DNA of 64,000 nt from Marsupella aquatica (lineage: Eukaryota; Plantae; Marchantiophyta), in NCBI GenBank assembly GCA_973895155.1, contig OZ316895.1, forward strand, positions 18,175,880 to 18,239,879. Direction: 5' to 3'. Shown here one piece after another: positions 1-13,163 of the stretch. Within the stretch, counting starts at the first letter, position 1. Every line of letters begins with the position of its first letter. The notes beneath the pieces are model-generated. The model was not told the DNA's origin and ran no database searches. It saw only the letters and a program-made list of their open reading frames with translations. The translations under genes were made by a program, and so were the position numbers.

Positions 1-790
1 CCATAAATGTTGTAAAGGAAACCATGAGGGAACTTAGTACACCAGATATGCACATTATTCAAATTCACTTTCATGAGAAAAAAAAGAAGTCACTAAGGAG
101 TGATTTAAAATGAAAGATTAAGCATTTATTTGGGGAGCCAAATACATTCAAAATATTCTAAGTTCACTAAAATTAAAAGGGGTTTAAAAGTTAATTCAAA
201 ATAAATTTAATATAAATTATTCACCTTGTTAAAGCACATTAAAATCAAAATAGTGAACACAAAATATGAATAAGACAAAATTTAAAAAGTGTATTCATCA
301 TATAAAAATAGTGGACACAAAAACTGAATAAGACAAAATTTGAAAAGTGCATTCACCATATAAAAATAGTGGATACAAAATCTGAACACAAAATCTGAAT
401 AAGACAAAATTTAAAAAGTGTATTCACCATATAAAAATAGTGGACACAAAAATTAAATAAGACAAAATTTGAAACTCTATGTTGAATCCATGGTGAATCC
501 ACCTTTCACAGGTTGTCTTATTCAGAGTTTTGGTGTCACATATTTTTATTTCAATGTGCCTTATCAAGGGGCAATATATATATATATATATAATATATAT
601 ATGACCCCTTTAATTCTAGAATTCTAGAGTATTTTGAATTTATTTTGGCAGCCCCTTTTTAAATTTTGATGTTTGTGATTTATCAGAAAGAAAGGCTACA
701 CCACTTGAACAAAGTATTCTCATGAGTGAGAGAAATGGTTCTGATTGTGTCTTAAGTTCCCCTTATGTTTTTCTTTCCTAAGTTTATGAT
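1..790. repeat. AT-rich foldback (long imperfect inverted repeat) with internal ~58-bp tandem repeats; probable non-autonomous DNA transposon, may extend left of the window
   Basis: 1-280 is an imperfect reverse complement of ~510-790. Examples: 132 GGGGAGCCAAATACATTCAAAATATTCTA pairs with ~625-655 TAGAGTATTTTGAATTTATTTTGGCAGCCCC, and 221-280 pairs with 512-572. Unit AAAATAGTGGACACAAAA..GAATAAGACAAAATTT.AAAAGTGTATTCACCATAT occurs about 4 times in 247-475. Confidence 0.65.
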
Positions 791-2522
791 TTTTATTGGA
801 ATGGGTGTCATTCATGAGGATATTGAAATTAAGTGCAAACATTATAGTATCCTTGATTGTACTTTTCATTGGTCAATGTGCACCAATATTTCTAGTTATG
901 TTTTCATATTTTATTTACTTTCAAAGCACTACAAGACAAAAACTCAAGCATGTTCTAGTGTAGGATGAACATGCTATATCACCATATAGGAGTTTCAATG
1001 GATAACATGGCCAAAACCACAACACAAACAATTACACTTGTGCAAGGCATTAAATTAGTTCAAACATATCCATGTGTAGAAAGTATACTTATTGAGCAAC
1101 TGTTCGATGATCAGACATCTTCCTCTACGTAAATCCTGTCAGGAGAAGAGGTTACCGATGTGTAACCATTTCTGCAGGGGCCTGCTATAGTCATAATCTA
1201 TTCTCCTGAAAACTTGAACCGGTAACCTCTTTCCGAGCAGGAGTTACATACGCTAATGCAGGGCAGGGCTGGGGTTATAGTCTGTAACCTGCTCCCCGAA
1301 TATTCAAAAAAGCTTTCCGGTAACCGTTGGTCAGCTTATTTTTATATTCCAGACGCAAGATTACAGCCTAATAACCCTGCGCCCAGACCTGCATTACCCT
1401 ATACGGGTTGATGGCGAATTTCAATGGCTCGCTTGTCCAAAGGTAGCCAGGGCCTTGTCACGAAGCTTTTTGTGTGTCCCTGTCTCCATTGCTGTAACGG
1501 GAGGAGGAGCGGAGCTGATGGGCGTTCCCATTATTCAGCCGTTCATATTACCGTTTGGGCCGCATTTCTCGCTCAATGAACACGCCCGTTGCGTTTTAAT
1601 AACAGCGTCGATTACAGCTTTCCACTAACGCAGCGGAGTACATGGGGACAATCAAGAGTCAGTCAATCGAATCACTTAAAAGGCTCTTCACAAAAAGCCT
1701 TTGCGATCAATTGAATTCACGAATTGCCAGTTAATGTAGTGCAGCTACGATCAATTTCCGGTGTACCCCTTTCTCGAGTTTCCACGGCCCACAGCTTCTT
1801 TGACATTGTCGGCCGGTCTCGACCGACCGCCTGCAAGCAAATCTGTTTCATCTAATTGGACTCGATTCTTACCTTCGAATTTTTCAGGGATAAGTGTCTT
1901 ACGCCAGTTGTGAAAGGACATTTCCGAAGAACGAGCTGTATGCTCTGCCGATACTCAACTACGCAAGTTGGAGGACGGAGGACTGTGAGTATTTCTCAGA
2001 AATGTTCGGAGGACAATTTCCTTACAGATCAGCGAGGAAGGATCTCTGTTGTTAAAAGTGGACAACGTTTGATGTAGTCTTGTTTCATCGCTCTACGCCT
2101 CACATTAACAGCTGAGTACGGTGTTCCCTGTTCTTGTTGACACATCCTATAGGTCTATCTCTGCTCTTCAAAAAATTGAAAACCTCCAGTGTCTCGCAAT
2201 TGTTCTGATCTGGTTTGTCATTTTCGACCTGCGCCTGCATTGGCCTGCCTCAATTTTTCAAGTAGAACGTATTCTGGGAACCATTGGAAGAAGGTGGTCA
2301 GACACCCGCATTCTCTATCGTACGTCACGACGTGCTTCGGTTCAGCGGTCGTCTTGCGGTCTTCTTGGTTCATCGCCATTGGAGGCTCCACATTTTGGAT
2401 TGCCTCAACTTCTTCGCGAAGGCACAGGAAAAACGAACTTGTTGCACCGATAGTTCAGCCCCATCTTTTGAAGCTGAAATTTGCAGTATTTGGGCCACTC
2501 GACGCCTCCTACCTCTGTCATC

Positions 2523-2777
2523 ATGTGTTTCATGGGTAAAATCTGCAAGCTGATTTCGTTCCTGATCGTCGTGCTGGTCTTGGTCACGTTATTATTTGGC
2601 TTTGGGTGGATTAAGAAAGTGAGTCACACTTGCGTACAAGGCCACTCGATGTCAGGCAATTGCGGGAATGGCTCATTTATTTCCCCTTCGCCCGCTTGGA
2701 CGCCATCATACGCGTCGTTGCATCAAAGCGCGTCAGCTTTCGACAACTACACGACGTCTGCTGTTAGTATACCTTGA
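2523..2777 (+). CDS. small single-pass membrane protein (MCFMGKICKLISFLIVVLVLVTLLFGFGW...), resembling an uncharacterised land-plant MCxxGK-TM family
   Basis: ATG 2523, open to TGA 2777. N-terminal MCFMGK is followed by a ~20-aa hydrophobic helix, FGFGW-KK and a Ser/Pro-rich tail. Family resemblance is from memory. A possible donor AAA|GTGAGT near 2619 means the 3' end could be spliced. Confidence 0.6.
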   Translation: MCFMGKICKLISFLIVVLVLVTLLFGFGWIKKVSHTCVQGHSMSGNCGNGSFISPSPAWTPSYASLHQSASAFDNYTTSAVSIP

Positions 2778-5478
2778 CGCAACCTCGGAGCATGAGCTGG
2801 CCTGTTCTCTCCGAACCCCAGCGTAATGCCAATGCTAACGAACGCTTCACCGATTAGATCTCCTCAAGGGCAAAGTTCGCTCATTGGACATCTTAGGCTC
2901 AAATTCTTAGTGAGAGACACTTCTAGCTTGGTCGACGTCGAAAAATCGGAGGGACAAGACAGGATCAAGAAAAGGATGCTGGCGGGTGAATGTTTTTGCA
3001 AAGATAGGCTTTACAATTTGAAATAAAATTACATCTCTTCTGCGTTACCTGCATCTCCTATGCGTGTCAAAGGACCTGCATCTCCTCTGAGTTTCTACGA
3101 AAAACTGCTGGAGGAGATGCAGTCGAAGGACCCCAGGATTATGGCAAAGACATGTTTTTGCAATCAGAAACAACGACAGGAAGCCTGTGTGCTGGTGAAC
3201 ACAACATCCAAGGACAACCTGTGAAAGCTTAGGGAGCGACTGGAAACGATTGGAAGCCTTGCTTTGTTGGCCGTGACAGTCGGAGGATGAATTTGGCAGG
3301 CTGAGCCAGAGGACCAAATCTCTTCTCGCTGGTCTGAGAGATGATGATGGGAAGGTTACTGGACCTTTTTTCCTCCTACCGAAGCTCAATCTGAGGTTTG
3401 CCTTCACAAGGTTGCAAACTTCCCTTGGAGATGTGGATTAGTCCATCAACTCAATCCTGCCAAAGCAATATTATAGCTGAAAATTTGCTCGAATTGCAAA
3501 ATTTGTTCTGGAAGGCAGTAGTAGGACTTCAAAGATAGTGTGTCCACTGGCTGAAAGTGTTCAACAGGACTTCAGTGAGAATGACGTCGCGGACACTATA
3601 TTTCATATTTGAAATTGGTACACGGAACTTCAAATTTGTAAACCCTGTCACGACTGGAATATTACTAATCAAGAATTTCGAGTTGTTTGTATCAATCGTC
3701 TTCCTGTAGACAACCTTTGCCAATGGGAGTCGATTCTTCCTCTTTCAATTGCTCGAGTATGTGGTGTGTCGCTTTGTAAATCTTACTTCTCATGTTCCTA
3801 GTACTTTGATTGCGACTGTCGGAAGTTCTGTGATGAAGTCTGGTGCAGTGGAGCATAGTATTATGCTGTTCGAGTGTACAGTCTGGTGCAGTGGAGCATA
3901 GTATGCATGCTGTTCGAGTAGTACACTCGAACAGGAGTTCGACACAAGCCAAGAAATAAATCAGTTGTGCATTACACATATACCGGGCGTGCTGACCAGA
4001 AAGGTAACGCTTCATCCTTACTGAATCCCAACGGTCGCTCCTTCTTTAGAAAACAGAAATCCTGTAACACCATGGTGACGAATACTTCGATTGCAGGACA
4101 CTATTTGAAATGCTGTTCGTCCCTCTCTTTCCGAAAAACTCAACTTGTGGATGCCTCGTCTCCTTTCACCAGAAACGTCGAATTGCTCATCGATAGGTGT
4201 AGCCTCACGTAACAAGAAGAGTACAAGGTTTTTGAAATTTGGTGGAAGGCTTGCTTTACGTTCTTAATGAACGGAGTTGCTATCGAAAGCAAAAACTGTA
4301 CTCCAACTCTTTTTAGGGACTGCACATTATATTAAGCAACTCGTTTTTGTATAAGATATAACTTGTATGCTGCTCATTTCAGGGACAATTGCCCATTTTT
4401 TGACAAGTTACTACTTTCGGTGATGGACTGTTGTCGACGTGCACTTCACTCCAGTTCGATACAGGGACTGCACATTGTAAGCAAATTGTTTATCGATGAA
4501 TGACTTTGCATGCCGGACTGTTGGCTGTAGGTGCTTGGCTTGTGCAAAAACTTCACGCCAATTACTTTTAGGGACTGTACATTTTAAAGCACTCGTTTTT
4601 CGAAAAGTTACTTCTTTGGCTGCTGGACTGCTGGCTCTCGGTGCTAAATAAAGAAAGAACGGTCAAGATTCTGTTTGAAAAAGTCCAGCATCCAATTTGT
4701 CGATGTCATTTGGTCTACCAATTTGCAGCTATAAACATCTTTTTGGTCATGATATACATGTCGTGTTTTATTGGAACAGAAAAAACAAACTCACTGTAAG
4801 CCACTAGCCGGTGGATACTCACAATGTATTCGGACCTGTCCTACGAAACAATGTATTGAATGTGAGGTGTTGGATGCCGAAAAGAGTTAGTGTCTATGAG
4901 ATACAGGAAGCATGAATACTCGACTATTCTAAACACCGTTGCGATCAGGTTTCGAATGACTCTGAACCATAAGAAACCCATATACACACAAATCGGTCTT
5001 CGAGAGGTTATTTTCATGCAGCGGCATTGACGGTAGGCATAAGGGGAGACCAGTGTGATGAGGGGTACTGTAATTGAATCTTGCGTAAAACAGGCTCTTA
5101 TGAAAGGAGAAACGCAGGTATAATAAGATATAGAATGGGCCCAACGATCAGAATAACCTGAATCCAATGTGAAATGGTGTGCTATTTGTGGCAGTAGACT
5201 TCCTGCGCCACTTTATGTGGCCTCCAAGTGTGCTAGTAGCCTCAGTTTTCACAATCGTTAAAGAGTGATTGGATCTTCTTTTTCAATATTAGTGGAAAAC
5301 TTTTAGAAGGATCTCCTTCAGTCGTAGAGAGTATCAGAGACGTAGAAAACAAGGAATAACAAGACCTCTTACCAAAATGTAGATTCGCCAATTGGGTATG
5401 GACCTTTAGGTCAATCTCAGAGAGCAGCCGTTGCGACTTTCACTGACAAAGCAATTACACATATCGCCTTCGACATGT

Positions 5479-8400
5479 TTAATTTATTAGAACCTTTATT
5501 CCAGTTTTTCCAAGCACCAAATATGCTACTAGCAATCCTAAGGCAATGCTGAGACTGTAGGCCATGATTATAATAATAGGCTCCTTCAAACCAACGAGCT
5601 CCAGATGATGGTGAAAGGGCGACATTCGGAACAGGCGACGTCCTTCGCCATACATTTTCTTTGTTAACTTGAAATAAAATACCTGCCATGGCACAAAAAT
5701 CCAGCAAGACAAACCTGAGACGAGCACCTTGAAAATGTTAAAATTGGAACCATACCGTACGACCCATTTCGCTTTACAAGGCACTAAAGATTCCGAGCCT
5801 CCAGTCAGAATGATGGACCAATGACTGAAATCATTCCGCACTCCACTGAAAACAACTATTGTAAGAGGGACATGCAGAAGGATAAAGTTTTTAACACTGT
5901 AAGCGGAGCTCGTCAACAAGAAAGCACACAATACAACACAAGAAAATACCGAACATTGGAACCCTAAACTTTCCATCTTCTCTTATGAGAACATCAGCTG
6001 GGCTTGGCAGATTCCCAAAACTAGACTCTGGCAAATGGCACTCCTCGTAATGATAATGCTAATTTACAAGATATGTGTCTCATTTACTCACTTTGCATAT
6101 TTACTAGACTTGTATACCCATGTAAATATCAGTGTCCTGAAATATCATCCATTTGCACAAAGTGACGACAAGTATTGTGGCAATGAAACCAAGTAATGCT
6201 CAAAAGGCTTGTAAGTGTGAGAGGTATGAAACCAAAACTTAGGAGAACGAGGGTGGAGAGCTCCAGGGCCGAGAGGTTACCTGGCCTATGACTGATAGAG
6301 TTTCAATTACAAATACCCCAGATGCAATAAAAAGAGGAAAGAACATGCCAGTGCAGCATGCCATTGCTGATAAGGCTCCACCTAAGGCCAACGATCCTGT
6401 ATCACCCATGAACACCTTCGCTTTGTACCTATTGTGCACCAGGAACCCAAAACATGCTCCAGCCATTGATGTCCCAAAAACTCCGAGTTCTGCTCAGGCA
6501 AACAAAGATACATGCACCAATTTATCATTGCGTAGATCGGGTTGCAGAATGCGACCTTACCAGAGTCTTCAAGCAGACAAAGACTTTCGTCTTCATGTGA
6601 TGGTCTGTGCCCACAAAATCTTGAGAATATCTACTGTAAGCCCAATATACAATTCCAAGCCTGTCTCAGCAGGACATTAAATGGACAAGGATCTAACGAC
6701 ATGGAGGGAATTGGACCCCCTGAGAAGTCAACCACGATTACATGATCGACATAGAACAAAACGTCAAGACTATAGGCTCCGTACCTGGACAGAGAGGAAG
6801 TACGGCCAATGACATTGCGATGAACGCAACTGCTGCTGTGCCACCAGCAAGTCCATCTAGACCATCAGTCAAATTAACACCGTTACTCATGGCTGCACAG
6901 CAAAATGCTGTGAGGGGCAAATACCATCTGCCCAGGTGCAGAAGTCCAAAGGGAGCTGGAAACCATACCACGGGCTTACTGCACGCAAAAAAGACCTGTT
7001 CAGCAACCAGCCGGACCTTAAAGATGATTGCTTGAACTATAGGGCAAGTTACAGGAGCATAACTGTTGGTCAGCCCAAGCAAACTAACAAATCAGAGGAA
7101 TGTCAATAGGTACAAACTAATAATCTAACTGTCGATTTTTTCATCACAACAAGTGCGTCACTGCAAATCAGAGCCCAGTAAAAGGTATCAGAATCCTATT
7201 TAAGTGCCCCAAGATTACAGTTTATTTAGATGTACAGTTAACTGGTGGTATGGGACGAGCCCCAATCTCACATTTTATGCGGATATGACGCCAACCGAAA
7301 GAAAAAACTTATTCCAATCGCAACCTGCCAATATACCACACATGAAGCTACGGTTGAGTTCCTCGCATGGTGAAGAAATGAAACTGGTGTGAGTCACGTT
7401 CAGCAGTCAAGTTGAGAATAATTTACCTGCATCATAAGTTTGACCACACCAGGGAGGCCATAGTTGTGCTTCCGCCAGAACGCCAGGCTATCGTCCAGCA
7501 ATCCTATTCCGGCCAAGGCAAGTGTAAATATCATGGCTGCCTCAACTTCAATTGAGTTGAAGCCTGTAAAGAGTCCTGCTATTGCCACACCCACTGGGAC
7601 AAAGAATAACCCTCCCATGGTTGGAGTACCGGTCTTGGCTTTATGAGAAGTTGGGCCCTCAATCCTAAATATCTGCACAGCTTTGAAATATTCCAGGACA
7701 GGAACAAACAAGTAGCCCAGAACTGCAGTGACTCCAGCAGAAAGTAGAAATGGTAGAGTAAGACGGAACGGAATAGCAAACTGATCGTTGACCAATATTT
7801 GATAGTCCACCAATACTACTGCACCAGCTGCGAGCAAGAAATGCCCTGTAGTGATAAGGACTCCAACCCTGCAAGAACATGTTTCTTTGATAATAAGCAC
7901 GCACTACAGAAACGATAACCTTTGAACATTAAGTTTGCACAATGGAGCAGACTTACGGTACCAAGTAACATCACCCTCATCTCGAAGGAAATCGATCTTG
8001 CCACGTAGACTCTAGTCCACACCTTGACTTGGTGCTATCCATTTTAATAGCTGGAGCCTGAAATGGCTCGACCGTCGACGAATTTGAAATCATTTTTTCA
8101 GGTGCAGAAATTGTTATCTTTTCCCCATCTTTTTGAGAGCTTGCAGGTGAGGAGAGAATCTTCCAATTCTGAAAAAAAAACGATGGTTACAACATTGTGC
8201 AAAGCGAAGCTAAAGCAGAGGCAGGAAACAAGAAAGAAATACTGTCACCTGCTTGAACTACTGAATGAAATTGAATCTAGATTTCAGATGAATTCACATT
8301 GGAAGAATCGTAAGACAACGGGAATGAAACAGTACACGATTTACATCCATGGACCGTGTTAGTAAAGAAACATGTCGGGAAAATGATTTCTAAGAATAGC

Positions 8401-8998
8401 TCTGATCAAGTACCTCAAGGAAATCTCGGACATGATTCTAGATTTCGATTTTACAAATTCAAACGTTTCCTGAAGGAATACATAATATCCTCACATGTCA
8501 TCGATCGTCAAGTTTAATCTAATCCTGTCTTTGCGGCTGAGAGAACGGAGATGAGTTACAACAAACCTGAGATGCAGCATCCCCAATGGGCTCTTCAACG
8601 CCACCACTCAAACTGCTCTGCCCATCACAACAGTTTATCTCTCGTCTACCAGCAAAGGGGCCAGAACACTTTCTGAGATTAAAAGCATCTCTAAAATTGG
8701 AATCCAAACCTCTGGACCGCTCAAGCTTCCATCTGCGATGACAATGTCGCACAAATGTCACATTTGAGCACCTCAATTGCTCGGTTTTGCCCTGCCTGAC
8801 TATGAACGAGGATGGGTCGCAGCTACTGACACTTCTAGGTTGCTGTGTTGATGTCAATGAGGTAACCTCATGCAGCAGGAGGAAAGACACAGCGTGGCTC
8901 CTACTGGAGTTACAGCACGATATCTCCATCGCCCTCGTTTCTGAAGATGGTGATCCTTTTGGTCCGCGCGACCTAGCGATGCAAGCTCCTGGAGCCAT
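5479..8998 (-). CDS. MraY: plastid phospho-N-acetylmuramoyl-pentapeptide transferase (MraY), 7 exons, 559 aa
   Basis: Exons complement(8567-8998, 8023-8168, 7427-7868, 7272-7324, 6785-6978, 6281-6489, 5479-5682). All are GT-AG and phase-compatible, totalling 1680 nt. Motifs: [49 protein letters not shown]. Ser/Arg-rich N-terminus consistent with a transit peptide. Confidence 0.95.
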
Positions 8999-11900
8999 GC
9001 AAGGCTTCCATCAGACTTACTCCTTCAGCCTGTAAACTCATCCATCCTCGTTCTTAAGACCAGCAATTACACACAATATCCTGTGAATCACAAAGCAAAG
9101 TGGTTTCTTTGCATCCATTCGGTCATGACTAACCTCAAACAGACATTTGAAGACGGAAGGCGTTTGAAGCCAAAAAACTAACGACGGTAAGGAAATCCAT
9201 TTCAATTTTGTGCAGACAGCGTGAGCCCAAATTTGTTTTTCAATTGTGTATATTTTCTGACATTTTCGATATTCTACGCAGTACAAGTTTCTGCTTCATC
9301 CAGCCACATAGAATACGGAATCTGGGAACGTAACACGTTGCTCTAATAATTTTTCATAACTTTCTAAACGTCAGAAGTTCGGATCAAGTTTGGGTAGGAT
9401 CCCAAAGTGTACAAAAAGAGTTTGGGGCAAGCAGGGGGCGGGGCCTCGTAGAGACTGGGCGTCAATTGCCGTTGGGCCTGCTGACCCCCTTAGAAGTCGA
9501 GTCAACTATGTAAACTGATTCTTCGGTGAGTAAATGTAGTCTTTTCCCTCTGATTCTATCGCATGTAGCTGGTGTTGTGTGTATTTTTGTCTGGGCAAAG
9601 GCGCCATTTCAAGGGGCGTACTGGGTGCGGACTAATGGTAGGGATTGCCACCCATTGCATACTACAAGGTTTTGTCGCGTCGATGGCTTGAAAGCCCCAA
9701 GCCGGGAGTTAGTCCGAGTCACTAACTATAGGAATATTCCAACGGTGGAAAACAAATATACCTATGACCAGTACGAGTTGCGTAAGTATTATACCGGTGA
9801 CTATATTGACTTAGCCCGACTTAGGGCTAATCGAGGCCATTACACACCTCCTTGCTCAAACCCTCACCCCTACTGGTGGTCGAGGTCGCCCCATGGAACT
9901 AAACTGGATTTAAGGCCCGGGTTAGGGGCGCGACAGACCAGTACATCCAGTCCTACAAATTCCTACTTGTTCAGTCATAAACTTCATCCTCTGATTCATC
10001 AGATATGTCACTACTACTAGGATCGCTACTGGTCCCCCTCTCCGTGGACTCGGCAGACTCATCTAAATACTGACAGACTGTCCCCGCCTCATTGTCGATA
10101 AACCTTGAACAATCCAGATATCTTCGAGCACCTCTCATTGATCGAAGTCCTTTCGCCTCCCAAGTCAAGACCATAGGAGCTTCATCAACCTGCCTTGCCG
10201 ATGTCTCAGCATAGCACAAAAGAGTAAAAGGCTTCTCAGGAGTAACCACAATGGATTCCTGGACTTCCTTCCGAAGACGAAGTCTCTCCTCAAAAAACCA
10301 ATCCACCCTCCTATCACTGACGCAACCACCGGCATCAGTTGACGAAGAGCAACAAAATGAAGAAAACAAAAGAAACCAAATAGGGAGTCCGACATCAGAA
10401 GAGGCCAAGTACTTTACTCCAGGTCAAATTCGTCTTTCTCGGTTGAAGGCCCAGCCTGTTCATCTCCTGGAATCGTGAACTCATCATCCGACCCAGCGTC
10501 TTGATTACCCTTGGCTGCCTGATTCTTAATCATCTTTGCCTTGCTCGAGTGCCTCTCAAGAACACTGTTTAAATGTTTTTGAGCACAGGAATGGAGAATG
10601 TCCCTGTCCTCAACACCGACAACAAACCTCCCGGAGTATTCTCCGACAGAAAACGAGCTCCCGTCACACACAGTCCAGTCAAGGACTATGTCTTTGGGTT
10701 TCGTGAGGAATTCCATCACGGCTTGCATGAACCCAATTGAAAGCCTGTTTAATCCATGGACCGTGTTAGTAAAGAAACATGTCGGGAAAATGATTTCTAA
10801 GAATAGCTCTGATCAAGTACCTCAAGGAAATCTCGGACATGATTCTAGATTTCGATTTTACAAATTCAAACGTTTCCTGAAGGAATACATAATATCCTCA
10901 CATGTCATCGATCGTCAAGTTTAATCTAATCCTGTCTTTGCGGCTGAGAGAACGGAGATGAGTTACAACAAACCTGAGATGCAGCATCCCCAATGGGCTC
11001 TTCAACGCCACCACTCAAACTGCTCTGCCCATCACAACAGTTTATCTCTCGTCTACCAGCAAAGGGGCCAGAACACTTTCTGAGATTAAAAGCATCTCTA
11101 AAATTGGAATCCAAACCTCTGGACCGCTCAAGCTTCCATCTGCGATGACAATGTCGCACAAATGTCACATTTGAGCACCTCAATTGCTCGGTTTTGCCCT
11201 GCCTGACTATGAACGAGGATGGGTCACAGCTACTGACACTTCTAGGTTGCTGTGTTGATGTCAATGAGGTAACCTCATGCAGCAGGAGGAAAGACACAGC
11301 GTGGCTCCTACTGGAGTTACAGCACGATATCTCCATCGCCCTCGTTTCTGAAGATGGTGATCCTTTTGGTCCGCGCGACCTAGCGATGCAAGCTCCTGGA
11401 GCCATGCAAGCCTTCCATCAGACTTACTCCTTCAGCCTGTAAACTCATCCATCCTCGTTCTTAAGACCAGCAATTACACACAATATCCTGTGAATCACAA
11501 AGCAAAGTGGTTTCTTTGCATCCATTCGGTCATGACTAACCTCAAACAGACATTTGAAGACGGAAGGCGTTTGAAGCCAAAAAACTAACGACGGTAAGGA
11601 AATCCATTTCAATTTTGTGCAGACAGCGTGAGCCCAAATTTGTTTTTCAATTGTGTATATTTTCTGACATTTTCGATATTCTACGCAGTACAAGTTTCTG
11701 CTTCATCCAGCCACATAGAATACGGAATCTGGGAACGTAACACGTTGCTCTAATAATTTTTCATAACTTTCTAAACGTCAGAAGTTCGGATCAAGTTTGG
11801 GTAGGATCCCAAAGTGTACAAAAAGAGTTTGGGGCAAGCAGGAGGCGGGGCCTCGTAGAGACTGGGCGTCAATTGCCGTTGGGCCTGCTGACCCCCTTAG

Positions 11901-13163
11901 AAGTCGAGTCAACTATGTAAACTGATTCTTCGGTGAGTAAATGTAGTCTTTTCCCTCTGATTCTATCGCATGTAGCTGGTGTTGTGTGTATTTTTGTCTG
12001 GGCAAAGGCGCCATTTCAAGGGGCGTACTGGGTGCGGACTAATGGTAGGGATTGCCACCCATTGCATACTACAAGGTTTTGTCGCGTCGATGGCTTGAAA
12101 GCCCCAAGCCGGGAGTTAGTCCGAGTCACTAACTATAGGAATATTCCAACGGTGGAAAACAAATATACCTATGACCAGTACGAGTTGCGTAAGTATTATA
12201 CCGGTGACTATATTGACTTAGCCCGACTTAGGGCTAATCGAGGCCATTACACACCTCCTTGCTCAAACCCTCACCCCTACTGGTGGTCGAGGTCGCCCCA
12301 TGGAACTAAACTGGATTTAAGGCCCGGGTTAGGGGCGCGACAGACCAGTACATCCAGTCCTACAAATTCCTACTTGTTCAGTCATAAACTTCATCCTCTG
12401 ATTCATCAGATATGTCACTACTACTAGGATCGCTACTGGTCCCCCTCTCCGTGGACTCGGCAGACTCATCTAAATACTGACAGACTGTCCCCGCCTCATT
12501 GTCGATAAACCTTGAACAATCCAGATATCTTCGAGCACCTCTCATTGATCGAAGTCCTTTCGCCTCCCAAGTCAAGACCATAGGAGCTTCATCAACCTGC
12601 CTTGCCGATGTCTCAGCATAGCACAAAAGAGTAAAAGGCTTCTCAGGAGTAACCACAATGGATTCCTGGACTTCCTTCCGAAGACGAAGTCTCTCCTCAA
12701 AAAACCAATCCACCCTCCTATCACTGACGCAACCACCGGCATCAGTTGACGAAGAGCAACAAAATGAAGAAAACAAAAGAAACCAAATAGGGAGTCCGAC
12801 ATCAGAAGAGGCCAAGTACTTTACTCCAGGTCAAATTCGTCTTTCTCGGTTGAAGGCCCAGCCTGTTCATCTCCTGGAATCGTGAACTCATCATCCGACC
12901 CAGCGTCTTGATTACCCTTGGCTGCCTGATTCTTAATCATCTTTGCCTTGCTCGAGTGCCTCTCAAGAACACTGTTTAAATGTTTTTGAGCACAGGAATG
13001 GAGAATGTCCCTGTCCTCAACACCGACAACAAACCTCCCGGAGTATTCTCCGACAGAAAACGAGCTCCCGTCACACACAGTCCAGTCAAGGACTATGTCT
13101 TTGGGTTTCGTGAGGAATTCCATCACGGCTTGCATGAACCCAATTGAAAGCCTGTTTAATCCA
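8345..13163. repeat. near-perfect 2407-bp tandem duplication (8345-10751 / 10752-13158)
   Basis: ORF sets are identical and offset by 2407. ATCCA microhomology at 8345, 10752 and 13159. Only 3 substitutions noticed (~8818/11227, ~9004/11411, ~9436/11843). Confidence 0.97.
10974..11405 (-). other. duplicated MraY coding exon 1 (with its upstream promoter region)
   Basis: Same translation as 8567-8998, with intact ATG and CAG|GTTTGT donor. No exon 2 in this copy. Confidence 0.9.

Noticed and set aside
3045-5167. Short ORFs between the TM gene and MraY
   Set aside because: No recognisable domain or consistent exon chain. Only small local repeats were seen (42-bp pair at ~3838-3920; AGGGACTG-led units at ~4315, 4463 and 4570).
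5479-8998. Bacterial contamination or recent horizontal transfer of mraY
   Set aside because: It has six spliceosomal introns, a transit-peptide-like N-terminus and plant gene neighbours.
9526-10020. 164-aa + strand ORF (and its copy at 11933-12427)
   Set aside because: GTG start and no motif. It appears twice only because of the tandem duplication.
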